Of a stretch of 64,000 nucleotides of DNA, positions 11,780 through 25,190 are shown in pieces. Position numbers and translations under genes: made by a program. The stretch covers positions 80,662,001-80,726,000 of the forward strand of contig OX597822.1 in NCBI GenBank assembly GCA_951406725.2. Direction: 5' to 3'. The notes beneath the pieces are model-generated. The model made no database searches and had not been told where the DNA came from. It saw nothing but the letters and a program-made list of their open reading frames with translations. Position 1 is the stretch's first letter, and every line of letters starts with the position of its first letter. The stretch comes from Octopus vulgaris. Lineage: Eukaryota.

Positions 11780-13100
11780 TAACGAAAATTGAGAGGACGA
11801 AAGGAGAACTAAGAGATACGTATGATCGAAAATCAGACAAATGAGTGGTAATATATTGTATCTATTGGAAAATGAGAGCGGGGGCGAGTATAATAGGGAA
11901 TTTTAAAGTAAAGCGTGTGAAAGGGAGAAAATGCAGAGTTCTGTGAAGAGAATAAAATCAAGGCCAAATGTTAGAAAAGGAAAATTGAAAATGTCGGTAG
12001 AGGCTTATTGTCCAAAGGATGGTAAAGAACTCGGAAAATCCACAGAATGGAGATAACTGTAGTGAGAACGTAGTGAAGTACACGGAAGAGAAAGAGATTT
12101 ATCGAAAAGGTTTAAAGGTGGAACTGGCAACACTGAAGTAATAATGATTTTTAGCACTCATGTGATATAAAAATATGACGGAGTGGAGATAAAAGTAATT
12201 TCTATGAAAAAATAGTGCAGACAGAAAAGAGGCAAGTAAAAGGGGGGGGGGGGTAATTCGTATGGGTGCACGTGAGTGTCAATAAAGAGGGAGTGAAAAG
12301 GGGAGAGGGTCGTAAGGAAGCGGTGATACACAAACCTGTCGACCAAAAGAGGAGGGGAAGATATATGAATGTATGGGGCGGGTATCGTAGAAGATTTTGT
12401 GTATGTAGTAACAATATGTGTTGGTTTTAAGGGTGTGCGCGTAGCTTTGAAGTTGGTGAGGATTGTGAAGAAGATAGAGGGGGTGATGTGAGTGGATGCT
12501 CCGAAGCACTGTGGATGAAGGCTGAGCAGGTAGCAGAGATGGGTATAACTGAAACAGTAGGGGAGAAAATACAAGCTAGATGAATTGGAGTGGTGAATTC
12601 AAGCCGAATGGGATGTAAGTTGGCGAGAGAAAATAAGCTACTACTGCATCCGGAAGAGGATGGTGGGGCCTCGGATTTGAAAGTCAACTCGTAAACCGAA
12701 AAAATATTAGGTGTTGCGGTTGCGAGAGTAGAAATGTTGATACGCGAAATGTTGCCAAGTCCAATGTCTCTGAGGTTCTCCAAGAACCTGTCGAATTGTC
12801 TGCAGTCAGTTTTCCCGATATTGATTAAATTACAGAGGAAACATCGAAAGAAATATATTTTGTTGGAGGTGCCTGGAAAAGAGTTTCTAAAGTGGAAGTT
12901 AGGGTTACTGGTCCGGTAAATGTGGTAATGGGAAAAGGAAAAAAAATGCAGGAGTAACAATCGAATATCAAAAATAACATGTTCAGGTGAGGAGTTACAA
13001 AAGTGAATAAATTACGATGCGATTGGTTGTCTTCCCTGCAAAACATTGAGAAAACTAAAGAACGTACCTTGTTCTCACTCACTCGAACTCCAGACACGAA
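11780..13100 (-). mobile_element. Penelope-like retroelement remnant (Cys-linker + GIY-YIG endonuclease, Neptune-like), frameshifted; left boundary approximate
   Basis: Frames join as CYSC…TTFTGP / FHFRNSF.GTSNKIYFFRCFLCNLINIGKTD.RQFDRFLENLRDI, matching the PLE pattern FTCxSxNVIYxIxCxxCxxxYIGET.R.L.DRF.EH; followed by a pyrimidine-rich 3' region. Confidence 0.8.
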
Positions 13101-13599
13101 CAACATCGCTCAGAAACCATACCTCAACAATCCATCTCCACGTGGTTGTACGCAGTTGCTGGCGATGGTAATTGATATGAAGGCAACTAATCGATCAATG
13201 AGAATAAAAGCTGTTCCCAATTTCAAACTAGCCATAGAATTGAGTATGGAATCACACAACTTTACCATAAAAAGAGAAAGAAATTAAAGCAGAACCAAAA
13301 ATGTAAAATTTGATATCGACTGCTAAATCAGAGAGTTAGACCAGAAGCTCCGAGGCAAATACCTAGGAAACTGATGAAACACAATACACGGAACTAAATG
13401 GTGTAGAAAATATAGAACGAAAAGTTAATCTATTTTTACAAACTAAAACCAAGATTATAGTAGCTATAAATACACACATATCCAAGATATAAATAACAGC
13501 TTCGACATAATTTATTAGAGGCTAAGTGTATTTTTGAGCTGAGACACAAAAAATATAGTAAATATCTAACAGCGTTCTAAATTCCGTGCCCCAAATTTG

Positions 13600-14160
13600 G
13601 TATTAATAGAAAACACGTGTCTCATACATGTAACAATCTACTACAAAATAACAACAGTAAAGCTAAAGAAATACTTTGAATTAAACAACGATAAGCTGGT
13701 AAGTGCAATGAAGGTACACGAAAAAATATTCCCTATATTCATACAAACGATGTTATTCAAACTGGAGAAACTAGCTTGAAATAAAACATTTTAATAGAAA
13801 ATAAACTGAAAATATTATGAAAGAAATAAAGACAAAATTGTTATGCGAATTCAGAATATATAGAAGGAAACACAGCGAGTGAAAACATCCGAGTATCAAT
13901 ATATTGTAAGGCTTGACAGAGCGGAATTAAATCAGTGAACCAGAGTGAAAATATGCTTTGTCTCAAAGAAGAGACTGCCAAAATACTTGTATATCTCGAA
14001 ATCGAAATAAACAGGATGTGGGACATGAAAAGGCATGAAGGTAGAAGCTATATCAATAATAATTGAAGCATTAAGTTTGATAAAATATGAACAAAGACAT
14101 ACGATGCATAGCAGCTTTCACATTGTAACACATTGTTGCTCTACTAGGTAGAGCCACCAC
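13600..14160 (+). mobile_element. Highly decayed Dong/R4-type LINE 3' fragment
   Basis: Residual KYLYLEIEINRMWDMK…IIIEALSLI resembles the RLE C-terminus of ORF 16494-17174. Confidence 0.55.
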
Positions 14161-14758
14161 TACGTAAGCCTTTGTACAAAATCCCCAATCTGTAGAATAA
14201 TCTGCCAATAAAATAACACAACCTAACAAATACTACATATGGGTAACATCCAATATCATTATACAACACAAACCTAAAACAGTAACCCGCGATCCTACAT
14301 TAACAACTCATGTAATTTCTATTCTACGCAGCTCCAACTCATTTATGCTACGCCAGCTATAGAACATATTCGTTACATAATCATCGCGTGATACCGAGGC
14401 TTGGATAACACCTTGTATAACAGCACTTGAAACGTATTCAGTTTTCAATGAAATTATAAGATGTACTTTGCACATATCTTATACAATGAATGAGACGCTA
14501 AACTAACATCGGAAAAAGCCAAACCAGAACAACAACGCAAAATGGATGCTATAAATTAATGTGTTTGCATCTCAGAATATGTTTCCATCTTAGGAAGGGA
14601 AATCTGGAAGAAGATGGTATAGCCAGGGATGCAGGAAGTCGCATCAACCTGTCAAAAACACAATAAAGATAGGAACGGTAATAACAGTTGAAGCAACATC
14701 AAAAATAAGAGCAACTAAAACATAAATAAAAAACACTATTATTATTGTTATTATTATT

Positions 14759-15272
14759 GAGTGAGAGAGCAGTTCATGCCATCAAAGTAACACTGGGATA
14801 AAATATACGAAGCCCAATATACCCATCATGACTACCCGTCTGATAAGGGTACACCAGGCACATGCATCACAACCATATGTGCGCGACATGGTGATCTCAT
14901 ATCAAGATAAACAGCACATGACCTTGCAGGTGGGGCCCAGTTAGAATTTTCTTCAGGTTGAGTAGCCCATCCCGCTCAAAAGGTCCCTGAATAAGGGTTG
15001 TTTAAAGATGTTGAAAGAGCCACCCATGTTTCCAGAGGTGAATTATTCAAACCCCAAAGAATCCCTCTCAACACATGGCTATGATGCTCACCCACTACTT
15101 CTGCTCGTGATCAGAGATGCACATATCGTCAGCCACTAAGGGACATGCTCAACTGGTTAAGGTCAAACAACTGACAAGCAAATCTGTGGTATTGAGCAGA
15201 ATATTTGCAGTAGCACATCTTTTATACCAAGACAAAACAATGTACATGATAACACTTCCAATCAGTTAAGAT
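14759..15272 (-). mobile_element. ~510-bp non-coding retroposed repeat (family U) in (TAA)n
   Basis: Near-identical to 51094-51569; related to 46861-47690 and 16118-16243; fixed left end next to (ATT)n, variable right end. Confidence 0.85.
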
Positions 15273-15301
15273 TATTAGTATTATTATTATTATTGTTGTT
15301 G

Positions 15302-15362
<61 letters not shown>

Positions 15363-15374
15363 CATTATTATAGG

Positions 15375-15630
15375 AGAAGCACGCCGAGCGTAATGCTTAG
15401 CTGCATTTCGTCCATCTTAACGCTCTGAGTTCAAATTCCGCCCTAGTCGACGTTGCTTTTCCTCGTTTCTGATCGATAAAACCAGTTGTGTACTGGAGTC
15501 GATGTAACCGACTTCAACCGCCTCCGAGAATGGTGACCTTGTGTCAAATGGCTTCGCCTTTCATCCTTTAAGGGTCGATAAATTAAGTACCGTTGAAACA
15601 CTGAGGTCGATGTAATCGACTAGTCTACCC
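15375..15630 (+). mobile_element. tRNA-SINE family S2 (Meta/MESC-like core), core duplicated
   Basis: ctgagttcaaattccgcc B box plus gcctttcatcctttagggtcgataaattaagtac core; superfamily name from memory. Confidence 0.8.
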
Positions 15631-15645
15631 CAATCAAAAAACAAT

Positions 15646-16065
15646 TCAGTCCTTTTGCCCATAGTAGAAAGATTTTACTAGCTTTCTTGACTTCCTGTCT
15701 AGGCTTTGAACTACTGTAAGATTCCAGATAATGATGTTAAAACTATATTGGACAACTGGAAATACCAGGGTGTTAATGGCTTCGATGCGATTTTTCGAGT
15801 TGAGTTCAGTTATTTGTATGAGTCTTATTCTTCTGTAATACTTCTTTCGTATTTTTTCCTTCATTGTAGCATGTTGTATACCATCAGCTTCGTTTATCCT
15901 CTAGAATTTATAGCTTTCTTACAGGTCAAGCTCCTTGATAGCAGTGTCGGTATCTAATTTCACGGAAACTGTTTGCTTGAGCTTGCCTCTTACAAAAGTT
16001 GCTTTAACACACTTATCAAGGCTAAAATCCATCCCGATATTATTGCTGAACTCTTTAACAGTTAA
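15646..16065 (-). mobile_element. Dong/R4-type LINE RT/thumb fragment
   Basis: MKEKIRKKYYRRIRLI..TELNSKNRIEAINTLVFPVVQYSFNII.W…LDRKSRKL. Confidence 0.85.
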
Positions 16066-16271
16066 ATAATTGAATAATTACCTATACAAACAACTGCCAA
16101 TTGCATCCATGTGCACGTGGTATTGAGGAGAATATTTGCTGTAGCCCATCTTTTAGACCGAGACAAGACAATGTACATGATAACACTTCCAATTACTTAA
16201 GATCAGAAGATAGGTGAGCTAGTGCCTGGCGCTGCATCAGGACTATTATAATTATTATTATTATTATTATT

Positions 16272-17250
16272 CTATGTTTGACTTTTGCTTTATATTAGTA
16301 CAAGTTGGCTCCAAGTCTCACCCAGAGACCTCAAGAGACAACAGGGTTGGAAGTTCATGTTGTTGTTATGCCTAGTGTGCCATATATTTGGGGGGTGGGG
16401 ATGTTGTACTAATGAATGTCTAAAAAGAAAAAAAAAAGGGTTTTTTTTTTTTTTTTTTTAAACCGAAAATTATGTTTGTTTTAAACCTTGAGATTACATA
16501 GAGAGTATTTTGCGTAGGATATGAGCAGTTCCCATGAGCACTATCTTTTGAACTTCTGCCATTTTTGGGTTTCCTGGTATCTGAGTTAGGTAGCTATCAG
16601 CCCCTTTTGCTATCATTCCCAGGGCACCTATGACAACAGGTATTGTTTTAGTCTTCAGCTTCCACATTTTGCTGATTTCTATTTCAAGATCTTTATATTT
16701 GCTCAGTTTTTGGTAGGTCTTGACAGATACATTTATATCGATTGGGACAGTCATATCAATGAGGAGGCATGTTCTTTGTTTGAAGTTTTTCGATATGATG
16801 TCTGGCCTATTTGCATCTATCTTCCTGTCAGTTTGAATGGTGAAGTTCCAGAGGAGTGAGATGTGGTCATTTTCAAGCACTGGGGGTGGTTTGTGTTCCC
16901 ACCAGTTTTTTTCATGGGGCAAATCCAGGTTTTTACAGATTACCCAGTGAATATATTGTGCAGCTCTATCGTGCCTGTTGAGATACTCTGTAGGCGCTAG
17001 AAGACTGCACTTGGAGACCACATGGTCAATGGTTTCATTTTGTTGCTTGCATACACGACACGTTGGACTGCTTCTGATCTTTAATATGTTGGCCTGGTAG
17101 TTTCTTGTTGGTAGGCATTGATCTTGAGCTGCTATGATAAACCCCTCTGTTTCAGATTTTAAGCCAGAGGCCATTAGCCATTGATGGGTCAGGGCTTTGT
17201 CGATATCTGCATTATTCGCTCTCTTTGGGTATTTGCCATAGAGAGGTTTT
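16272..17250 (-). mobile_element. Dong/R4-type non-LTR retrotransposon 3' end (CCHC + restriction-like endonuclease + 3' UTR)
   Basis: ORF 16494-17174: ETEGFIIAAQDQ, CRVC…ETIDHVVSKC, RHD, NRPDI…LIDM, KYKDL; (TAA)n on both flanks. Confidence 0.93.
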
Positions 17251-17276
17251 TCTTGCCATTTATTATTCAGAATATC

Positions 17277-17349
<73 letters not shown>

Positions 17350-17353
<4 letters not shown>

Positions 17354-18520
17354 TAGTTTTATTTTTATATCGTACTTTCACTTCACTACCGAGCGCAGTT
17401 CTGTGTGCCTTGGGTATGTGCTGTGATTTGTCGTGATGCTCTGATGGTTACTGTATTGAAAGTTTTTTGCGTAGGACGTGTGCATTGCCCAGTAGTGCAA
17501 TTTTCTGTATTTTATATATATTTGTAAGTCCTGCTGTTTTTGTTATGTATTTGTCTGAATATTTTTTATCATACCTAATGCGCCTACTATGATAAGAATT
17601 GTTTCTGTTTTTAAATTCCAGATTCGATTTACCTCTGTTTCCAGGTCTTTGTATTTTGAAAGTTTCTCCATTTCTTTTAGAAAAATGTTGTCATCTGCTG
17701 GTATTGATCCATCAATTAGAAAGAATTTTTTTCTTCATGATCTCTGACAACTATATCAGACCTATTGGCCTTAATTTCTTTATCTGTGTGTATTGGCATA
17801 TCCCAGAGTATGGTTGCTTTCTCGTTTTCTGTGACCTTTTCAGGTGTGTGACTATACCATCTTTTTTCTGTTGTTATTCCATAGTGTTGGCATAGTTTCC
17901 AGTGTATGTAGGTCCCAACTCTGTCGTGTCTGTGAATGTATTCCTTAGCTATGACTGGGCAGCCAGAGATAATATGATTTATTGTTTGTTGTCCATCTCC
18001 ACATATTCTGCAGTTACTTGTTATGTTTCTTTTCATTATATGTTTTTGGTAATTTCTGGTGGAGAGGCTTTGGTCTTGTGCTGCAATTAAAAATCCCTCA
18101 GTCTCTGCTTTCAGTCCTGAGCATCTCAACCATTGCTGGGATTTTTCTCTGTCTATTTCTTTTGCATTTAGTTTAGCCCAGTATTTGCCATGAAGTAGCT
18201 TTTCTTGCTATCGTTTTATCATGGTCCGTTGCTGTTCTAGTTTTAGTTTGGATTTCATTTGTTTTATAGCTTTTGTTGTTTCTTCTTCTTCTTCATATTT
18301 GTTACGTATTATGATTTCTTGTTTGTATTTGTCAGCTTCCTTAAATACCGAAAACAATTTTTTGTTTTGCTCGTGTTTTGTGGCTATTTGTATTAGTTTT
18401 CTTTGCTTCAGAAGTAGGTATCTATGCAGTCCTATGGTGGTTATTTTATAATAGTTTTCCGGTTTCCGGTGTGTGGTCGGGTGATCACACTCGATCATTG
18501 CATCCCACAGGATTTTGCTA
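17350..18520 (-). mobile_element. Dong/R4-type LINE 3' portion, frameshifted
   Basis: ETEGFLIAAQDQ, CRICG…HIISGC, RHDRV, NRSDIVV. Confidence 0.9.
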
Positions 18521-18547
18521 TTCTTCTTCTTCTTCTTCTTCTTCTTC

Positions 18548-18589
<42 letters not shown>

Positions 18590-19050
18590 GAAAACTCTCA
18601 GCTTCTTTTGCTGGGTATGATGGAAAGTGTCAGCTGTCCACATCCAATAGACTAAGGTGACACTTGTTAACTGGTCATGCTTTTCAAGAACACTGCGAAG
18701 AATTATTGCAGTTCCAAGCAATGCTGATTTTTGTTGGTGTTCTACCTTCACACTTGCACCAATCTTTTTCAGTCATGCTGGTAGTTGAATGCTGATATTT
18801 CCAAGTGCACCAATTACTATTGGCATCACATCCACTCTCTTCATTGACCACGAACTTCGTATTTCCCACTTCAAACCGTCATAGTTCTTTATTTTTCCTT
18901 CTTCTTTCACATTGATCCTGTTGTCACCGGGGCACGCTATGTCGATTATCATGCATGCTCTTTCTTTTTTATTCACCGCAACAATGTCCGGTTTCCGGTG
19001 TCTGGTCGGGTGATCATACTCGATCATTGCATCCCACAGGCTTTTGCTGT
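18590..19050 (-). mobile_element. Dong/R4-type LINE 3' end (third subfamily)
   Basis: HRKPDIVAVNK…IIDIACPGD…VMPIVIGALG. Confidence 0.9.
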
Positions 19051-19058
19051 TTTGCAAT

Positions 19059-19215
<157 letters not shown>

Positions 19216-19419
19216 AATGCAATTGTTTTTTTTCCTCATTTTATGCAACTGTTACAATTATTGATCGATCCCTTGAAAAGGCCTTAAGTGGCTTCTCAAA
19301 TAGCCACACTTCAAACCCTGTCACACACACTGTTTCTTAAATAAACCTCCTTGACTGATAACACAAATGTGATCCAAAATCACAGATGCTTCACTGATTG
19401 CTCTACCTACCATACATAC

Positions 19420-19477
<58 letters not shown>

Positions 19478-19506
19478 GTATAAATATATATATATATATG
19501 TATATA

Positions 19507-19563
<57 letters not shown>

Positions 19564-20096
19564 ACGTATGCATGTATGTGTGTATGTAGTGCAGTGTTCC
19601 TAGACAACCAAACAGTAACTAGTTGCGCGTTTCCCGAGCAACGAGTAAACCAACCGCTTAACATCGCTATTCTTTTATTCTTTTATTTCTCAAAACAACT
19701 TCAAATACATCTGACTCACAAACAAAATAATGGAATAATTAAATAGCAACGACAATCCTATGGCAACTCCTTGCTAAAAGTACTGAAACCTCTCTGCAAT
19801 AGTGCTTTTCTCTCTGTTATATTTCATAACACAATAGAATGAAGTAAAATGAAAAGAAGAAATAATAGAAACGTGCTAAAAACATCTATATATGTTGAAA
19901 TAAAAATAAAATGAATATAAAATTACAATACGGTTTTAGTATAAGTTTTCAACGTAGCAAAAATTATGCTGCCTTGCTGCTACTGTTGCTACTGCTGCTG
20001 CTGATATTTATAAGAACAATAATAGTGAAAAGTAAAAATAATAATTATAATAAAACAATACTGTTACTACTACTACTACTGCTACTACTACTGATG

Positions 20097-20147
<51 letters not shown>

Positions 20148-20332
20148 TAAAGACAATACTAACAGCAATATTTCATATAATGACAATGCCAATAAGAATG
20201 ACGATGATGATGAGGAGGAGGTAGTGGAAGAGGAGGAGGAAGAAGATTATGATGGTGAGGATGATAGTAATATTAATATTAATGATGATGATAATGATGA
20301 TATTCTCATGAACGTTAATAACAACAACAAAC

Positions 20333-20372
<40 letters not shown>

Positions 20373-21114
20373 TAACAACAATAACAATAACGATGATGAG
20401 GATGATGACGATGATGCTGATGATGACAATGACGTCAACGATGATGATGATGACGACAACGATGATGATGATGATGCATTATGTTACCGTCATCATCAAT
20501 ACGTTTGTTGTTTTTCTCAATTGTGTTTTACATTTGAACATTCTGGAATTACGCTGCATTCGACTTCTCCAGAATTTCCAATTAATTCACAATCCTGCTG
20601 AATATTGAATAACTATTCGTTCCTTCTCGTTTTAGGAATGTCTTTTTTTATGTTTGTTTATGAATAACTAATTTTTAATGGAGTGGATTGAATTAAAAGC
20701 TGCTGTAATAACTGTTTTTCGAGAGGACATTAAACAATGACACACTTAAATACGCAAAGTAAAAGAAAGAAAATAAGATCTGTGTGGGTTTTGATTGTGC
20801 GAATAAAAGTGAGCATAGAGAAGATATTCTTTGTAAATGAAAACACAGACGCAATCAGTTATTCGCACAAATACAGTCTATGTCTTTTTGGAGAGACACA
20901 AAGAGAAAAGGATTGAACGAAAATGAGATAGGAGTGTTTGTGAGAGTTAAGGAGAGATAGCTAAAATGATGATCATGGTAGTTCGGGAGACTAGTTTTAG
21001 CATATGTATTGCTTGTTATCTTGTTCAATACGACATGTGTTTCAATTATACTTGCATTAATTTTAAAATATAATATTCAGCAATGATTAATTATGCTTTT
21101 ATACCTAGACGTAA

Positions 21115-21152
21115 TCTTTATATATATAAAACTGAGAATGTGTCTGTATGTA

Positions 21153-21183
<31 letters not shown>

Positions 21184-21330
21184 GTGTTTCCCTAAAACTT
21201 GAGAACTACACAACCAATTTCATTCAAATTTTACATATGACTTACTTAGGGTCCGGGGAGTGTCATCGGCAAAAAAATTTAAACCTTTTGCCTAGGGCAG
21301 CCCACAGCAATAACATATCTTCTCCACTAC
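21115..21330 (+). mobile_element. Non-autonomous Helitron-like 5' end
   Basis: A|TCTTTATATATATAAAACTG matches the 5' end at 61638; followed by (TCTG)n. Confidence 0.6.
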
Positions 21331-21364
21331 GATTTCCAAACAACAATATCCGGGGTGTTATGTT

Positions 21365-21740
21365 TACATTTGACAGAAGCTTTGATGAGAATATTCCTCC
21401 AGTATTCCTTGAGCTAGTGTTTATGAATGTATTCCATACCAGGGATTTTCTAAGTATATTTCCGGACAGTCTTTTTTGAGGATGGCATTGTAAATTGTTT
21501 TAGCAACAACATCGTGCCGCATAGAGAGGTAGTACCTTGACGACATTTTAGAACAGCTGCTAATCACATGCGTGATGTCTTCCACAGAAACATGACGTAG
21601 CCTACATATGCGGTTATACCTTGGGATTACAAGAGTGTCACTGTCTCTCTTGTTCACCAGGTACTTTGTAACAATCTCCCGTTCCTGGATTGCAAACGCG
21701 TAATCTTCAAAGTGTGATGTGATATAGATATGTCCAAGAC
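21365..21740 (-). mobile_element. RLE-type LINE fragment (zinc-knuckle region)
   Basis: FAIQEREI…CRLRH…EDITHVISSC…MRHDVVAK. Confidence 0.8.
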
Positions 21741-21979
21741 GGGTTACGCGTCGTGTCGATTCTACCGTCTTCTTTAAGCTCCCGGGCAACATATCCATGC
21801 ATTGTCTTTTTTTGTTTTGTACTCTGAGTGCTTTCCATCCAGCTCTTCTCAGAGGTAAGAGATCACACTGGTTTGGGGGCTGTATATATTTCTTTATTAC
21901 CCACAAGAGGCTAAACATAGAGGGGACAAACAAGGACAGACAAAGGGATTAAATCAATTACATCGATCCCAGTGCATAA

Positions 21980-22200
21980 TAGAACAAAAAAAATGACAAA
22001 AACATTTTTGAAAAAAAATATTACAAAAAAATATTGCAAAAAAATATTACAAACAAATATTACAAAAAAAAATATTACAAAAAATATTACAAAAAATATT
22101 AAAACAAAAATATTACAAACAAATTATTACAAAAAATATTAAAAAGAGAATATTATAAACAAATATTAAAAAAATTATTAAAAAACAATATTTAAAAAAA
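21980..22200. repeat. A-rich minisatellite (~AAAAAATATTAC)n
   Basis: Degenerate 11-14-nt units repeated in tandem. Confidence 0.85.
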
Positions 22201-22465
22201 TATGCATGTAGGTATGTGCATGTATGTATGTATGCATGTGTATGTATGTACGTGTGTGTATATATGTACGTTTGTGTGGAACGTATGTATGTGTATGTCG
22301 GTGTATGTATGTATGTATGTATGTATGTATATGTATGTATGCCTGTATGTATGTATGTCTATATGTATGTAGGTCCGTTTCTGTATGTGTATCTCTATGT
22401 GTATCTCTATGTGTGTGTATCACTATGTATCACTGACACAGAAACATACTTGCACACACACACAC

Positions 22466-22525
<60 letters not shown>

Positions 22526-22526
<1 letters not shown>

Positions 22527-22667
22527 CGACCGGCTTCTCTCAGTATCCGTCTACCAAATCCACTCACAAGGCGTTGGTCGGCCCGAGGCTATAGTAGAAG
22601 ACACTTGCCCAAGGTACCACACAGTGGGACTGAACCCGGAACCATGTGGTTCGTAATGAAGCTGCTT
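22526..22667 (-). mobile_element. SINE S1, 5' module
   Basis: Matches 33905-34045. Confidence 0.9.
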
Positions 22668-24123
22668 ATATTTATATATATAGATATAAATATAAAGTAC
22701 TAATAGAAGGAATATGTAAAAACCAGAATAGAAAATACATGCCTTAGGCATAAAATATGAGAAAAGAGGAGATATTAAGGTGTTATATTCTTGAACCCTA
22801 CTATGTGTGTGTATGTGTGCGTGCATGCATGTATGTATGTGTATGTATGTGTGTATGCATGTGTATGTGCATATATGTATGTGTATGTCTGTATGTATGT
22901 GTATGTATGTGCATGTCTGTACGTATGTAATGTATGTATGTATTTGTATGTGCATGTATATATGTGCATGTGTGTGTATGTATGTATGTGTATAAAAGTG
23001 TGTGCATGGCTGAATGTATGTGCATGGCTGAATGTGTATGTCTGTATGTATGTATGTTTATGTATCTACATGTATGTATGTAAGTATGTGCCTGTAATTA
23101 TGTGTATGTATGCATATGTGTGTATGTACGTATGTGCATGTATGCATGTAAGTATGTGTATGTGTGTATGTATGTATGTATATGTCTGTATTATATATGT
23201 ATGTGTAAATATGTATGTATATCTATGTATGTGCATGTATGTAGGCATGTGTATGTATGTAAGCGTATGTGTGTGTGTATATGTATGTGTGTGTATGTAT
23301 GTATGTTTGTGTATGTATGTTTGTGTATGTATGTATGTATGTATGTGTATGTGTATGTATATGTGTGCATGTATGTAAGTGTATGTATGTAAGCGTATGT
23401 GTTTGTGTGTATATGCATGTGTGTATGAATATGTATATATGTGTATGCATGTATGTACAATCTCACGTACACATGCAGCAGCGTCTTAGGCAACGAAAAT
23501 ATGAAATAGGATTACATCGAAGACGAACTTGTTTTGCGAACGACGAAAGCAACAGGTGTAAAAACAAGACAAGCAACATAAAACCATATGTGTGTGTGTG
23601 TATATGTGTATCTTTTTATGTATGTGTATGTATATATGTATGTGTATGCAACGTAGAGAAAAAAGATTTGAACACATGGAGGAAAGCACCTTCGAAAAGT
23701 GTCTTGGTGCGACTATGAAAGATATCTAATCAGAGGCGGTAAATTCGCCACAATAGAAGCAAGTTTCGAGTCAACGGAGCGTGCAAGGGAGTACTCGACT
23801 CGAACTTGCAAAGTGGAAATATTTTATTTTTACCTTTATATCTGGGACGTAGGACGTCCCAGAAAAAAATTTAAATGCCCCCCCCCCCCTAGAAGTAGGG
23901 GTAGGCTGGATTGTAGCCACACTTCTATACAAGAGGGAGGACAAGATACAATTGATCGAAATTACAAGAGAGAGGCTAACAATTCCAGTCTGTTATATAT
24001 TTTGAGTATTGTTATCACTAGCGATATCAAGATATAACCTTGTATTTTGTATTTTATGTGTAGATGTATATATATAGATGTACTTGTAATATGTACGCAT
24101 ATATATACACATAATATATATGC

Positions 24124-24165
24124 ACTAGCACTATGACCCAGCAACGACGGGTCTTTAATGCTAGT
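24124..24165. mobile_element. Helitron-like 3' terminus (hairpin + CTAG|T)
   Basis: GACCC-AGCAACGAC-GGGTC…CTAGT; compare CCCGAGCAACGCCGGG…CTAGT at 62127-62155. Confidence 0.6.
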
Positions 24166-24294
24166 TTTGTATATAGTTAGCTTTTCAATAATCTCAGCAT
24201 TAAATATATTAAAATTAACTTAAATGCTAGTTTTCGTCCAGTTGGAGTGTCTGAATTATTCGCTGAAGAATTATATTTTCCGAAGTTATCCACA

Positions 24295-24770
24295 TAAAAA
24301 CATCCAGTCAACATCATGACGTTTGGCGAGATCACCAGTGATGGCGATATTTTACCTTCCCACACGGCCTCACACTCAACACGGAGGTCAACATCAAGTG
24401 CCTGGAGGAGGTAGTGCTACCCTGGGTCAAGAGGGTGGCTGGTGGAAGACCCTATTTCTGGCAACAGGACTCTGCACCATGCTACACAAGCAGGAGAACC
24501 AAGTCATGGCTGTCAGACAATTTCTGCAACCACATCACCCTTAACATCTGGCCACCTAACTCCCCAGACTGTAACCCCCTTGATTATTATGTGTGGGGCA
24601 CAGTTGAGTGAGAGAACAACAAAGCTCTTTGTAACACAAAAGACGAACTGAAGGGAACAACTATGGCAACATTCACCAGCTTAAAGAAGGAGACCGTCCA
24701 GAAGAGGTGCTGGAGATGCTGAAGTCGTCCGGAGCCCTTGTTTGAATTCAATGACGATTTTATTGAATAA
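24295..24770 (+). mobile_element. Tc1/mariner-superfamily (maT/DD37D-like) transposase C-terminal remnant
   Basis: WQQDSAPCYTS…WPPNSPDCNPLDYYVWG. Confidence 0.9.
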
Positions 24771-24809
24771 AGTTACTCTTTAGTATATCAAGAATTTTCA
24801 ATGTAATTA

Positions 24810-24949
24810 AGGAGTGGCTGTGTGGTAAGTAGCTTGCTAACCAACCACATCGTTTCGGGTTCAGTCCCGCTGCGTGGCATCTTGGGCAAGTGTCTATAGA
24901 GTGGATTTGGTAGACAGAAACTGAAGGAAGCCTGTCGTATATATGTATG

Positions 24950-24980
<31 letters not shown>

Positions 24981-25190
24981 TTGTGTGTCTGTGTTTGTCC
25001 CCCTTGCATTGCTTGACAACCGATGCTGGTGTGTTTACGTCCCCGTCACTTAGCGGTTCGGCCAAAGAGACCGATAGAATAAGTACTGGGCTTACAAAGA
25101 ATAAGTCCCGGGGTCGATTTGCTCGACTAAATGCGGTGCTCCAGCATGGCCGCAGTCGGATGACTGAAACAAGTAAAAGAGTAAAAGAGT
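24810..25190 (+). mobile_element. SINE S1, near full length
   Basis: Head, internal (TA)/(TG)n and 3' module as in 32627-33038, with an internal deletion. Confidence 0.92.

Noticed and set aside
20224-20601. Acidic/Asn-rich ORF
   Set aside because: Built from GAG/GAT/AAT triplet repeats; no splice or homology support.
21980-22200. CRISPR-like periodicity
   Set aside because: No unique spacers; eukaryotic A-rich minisatellite.
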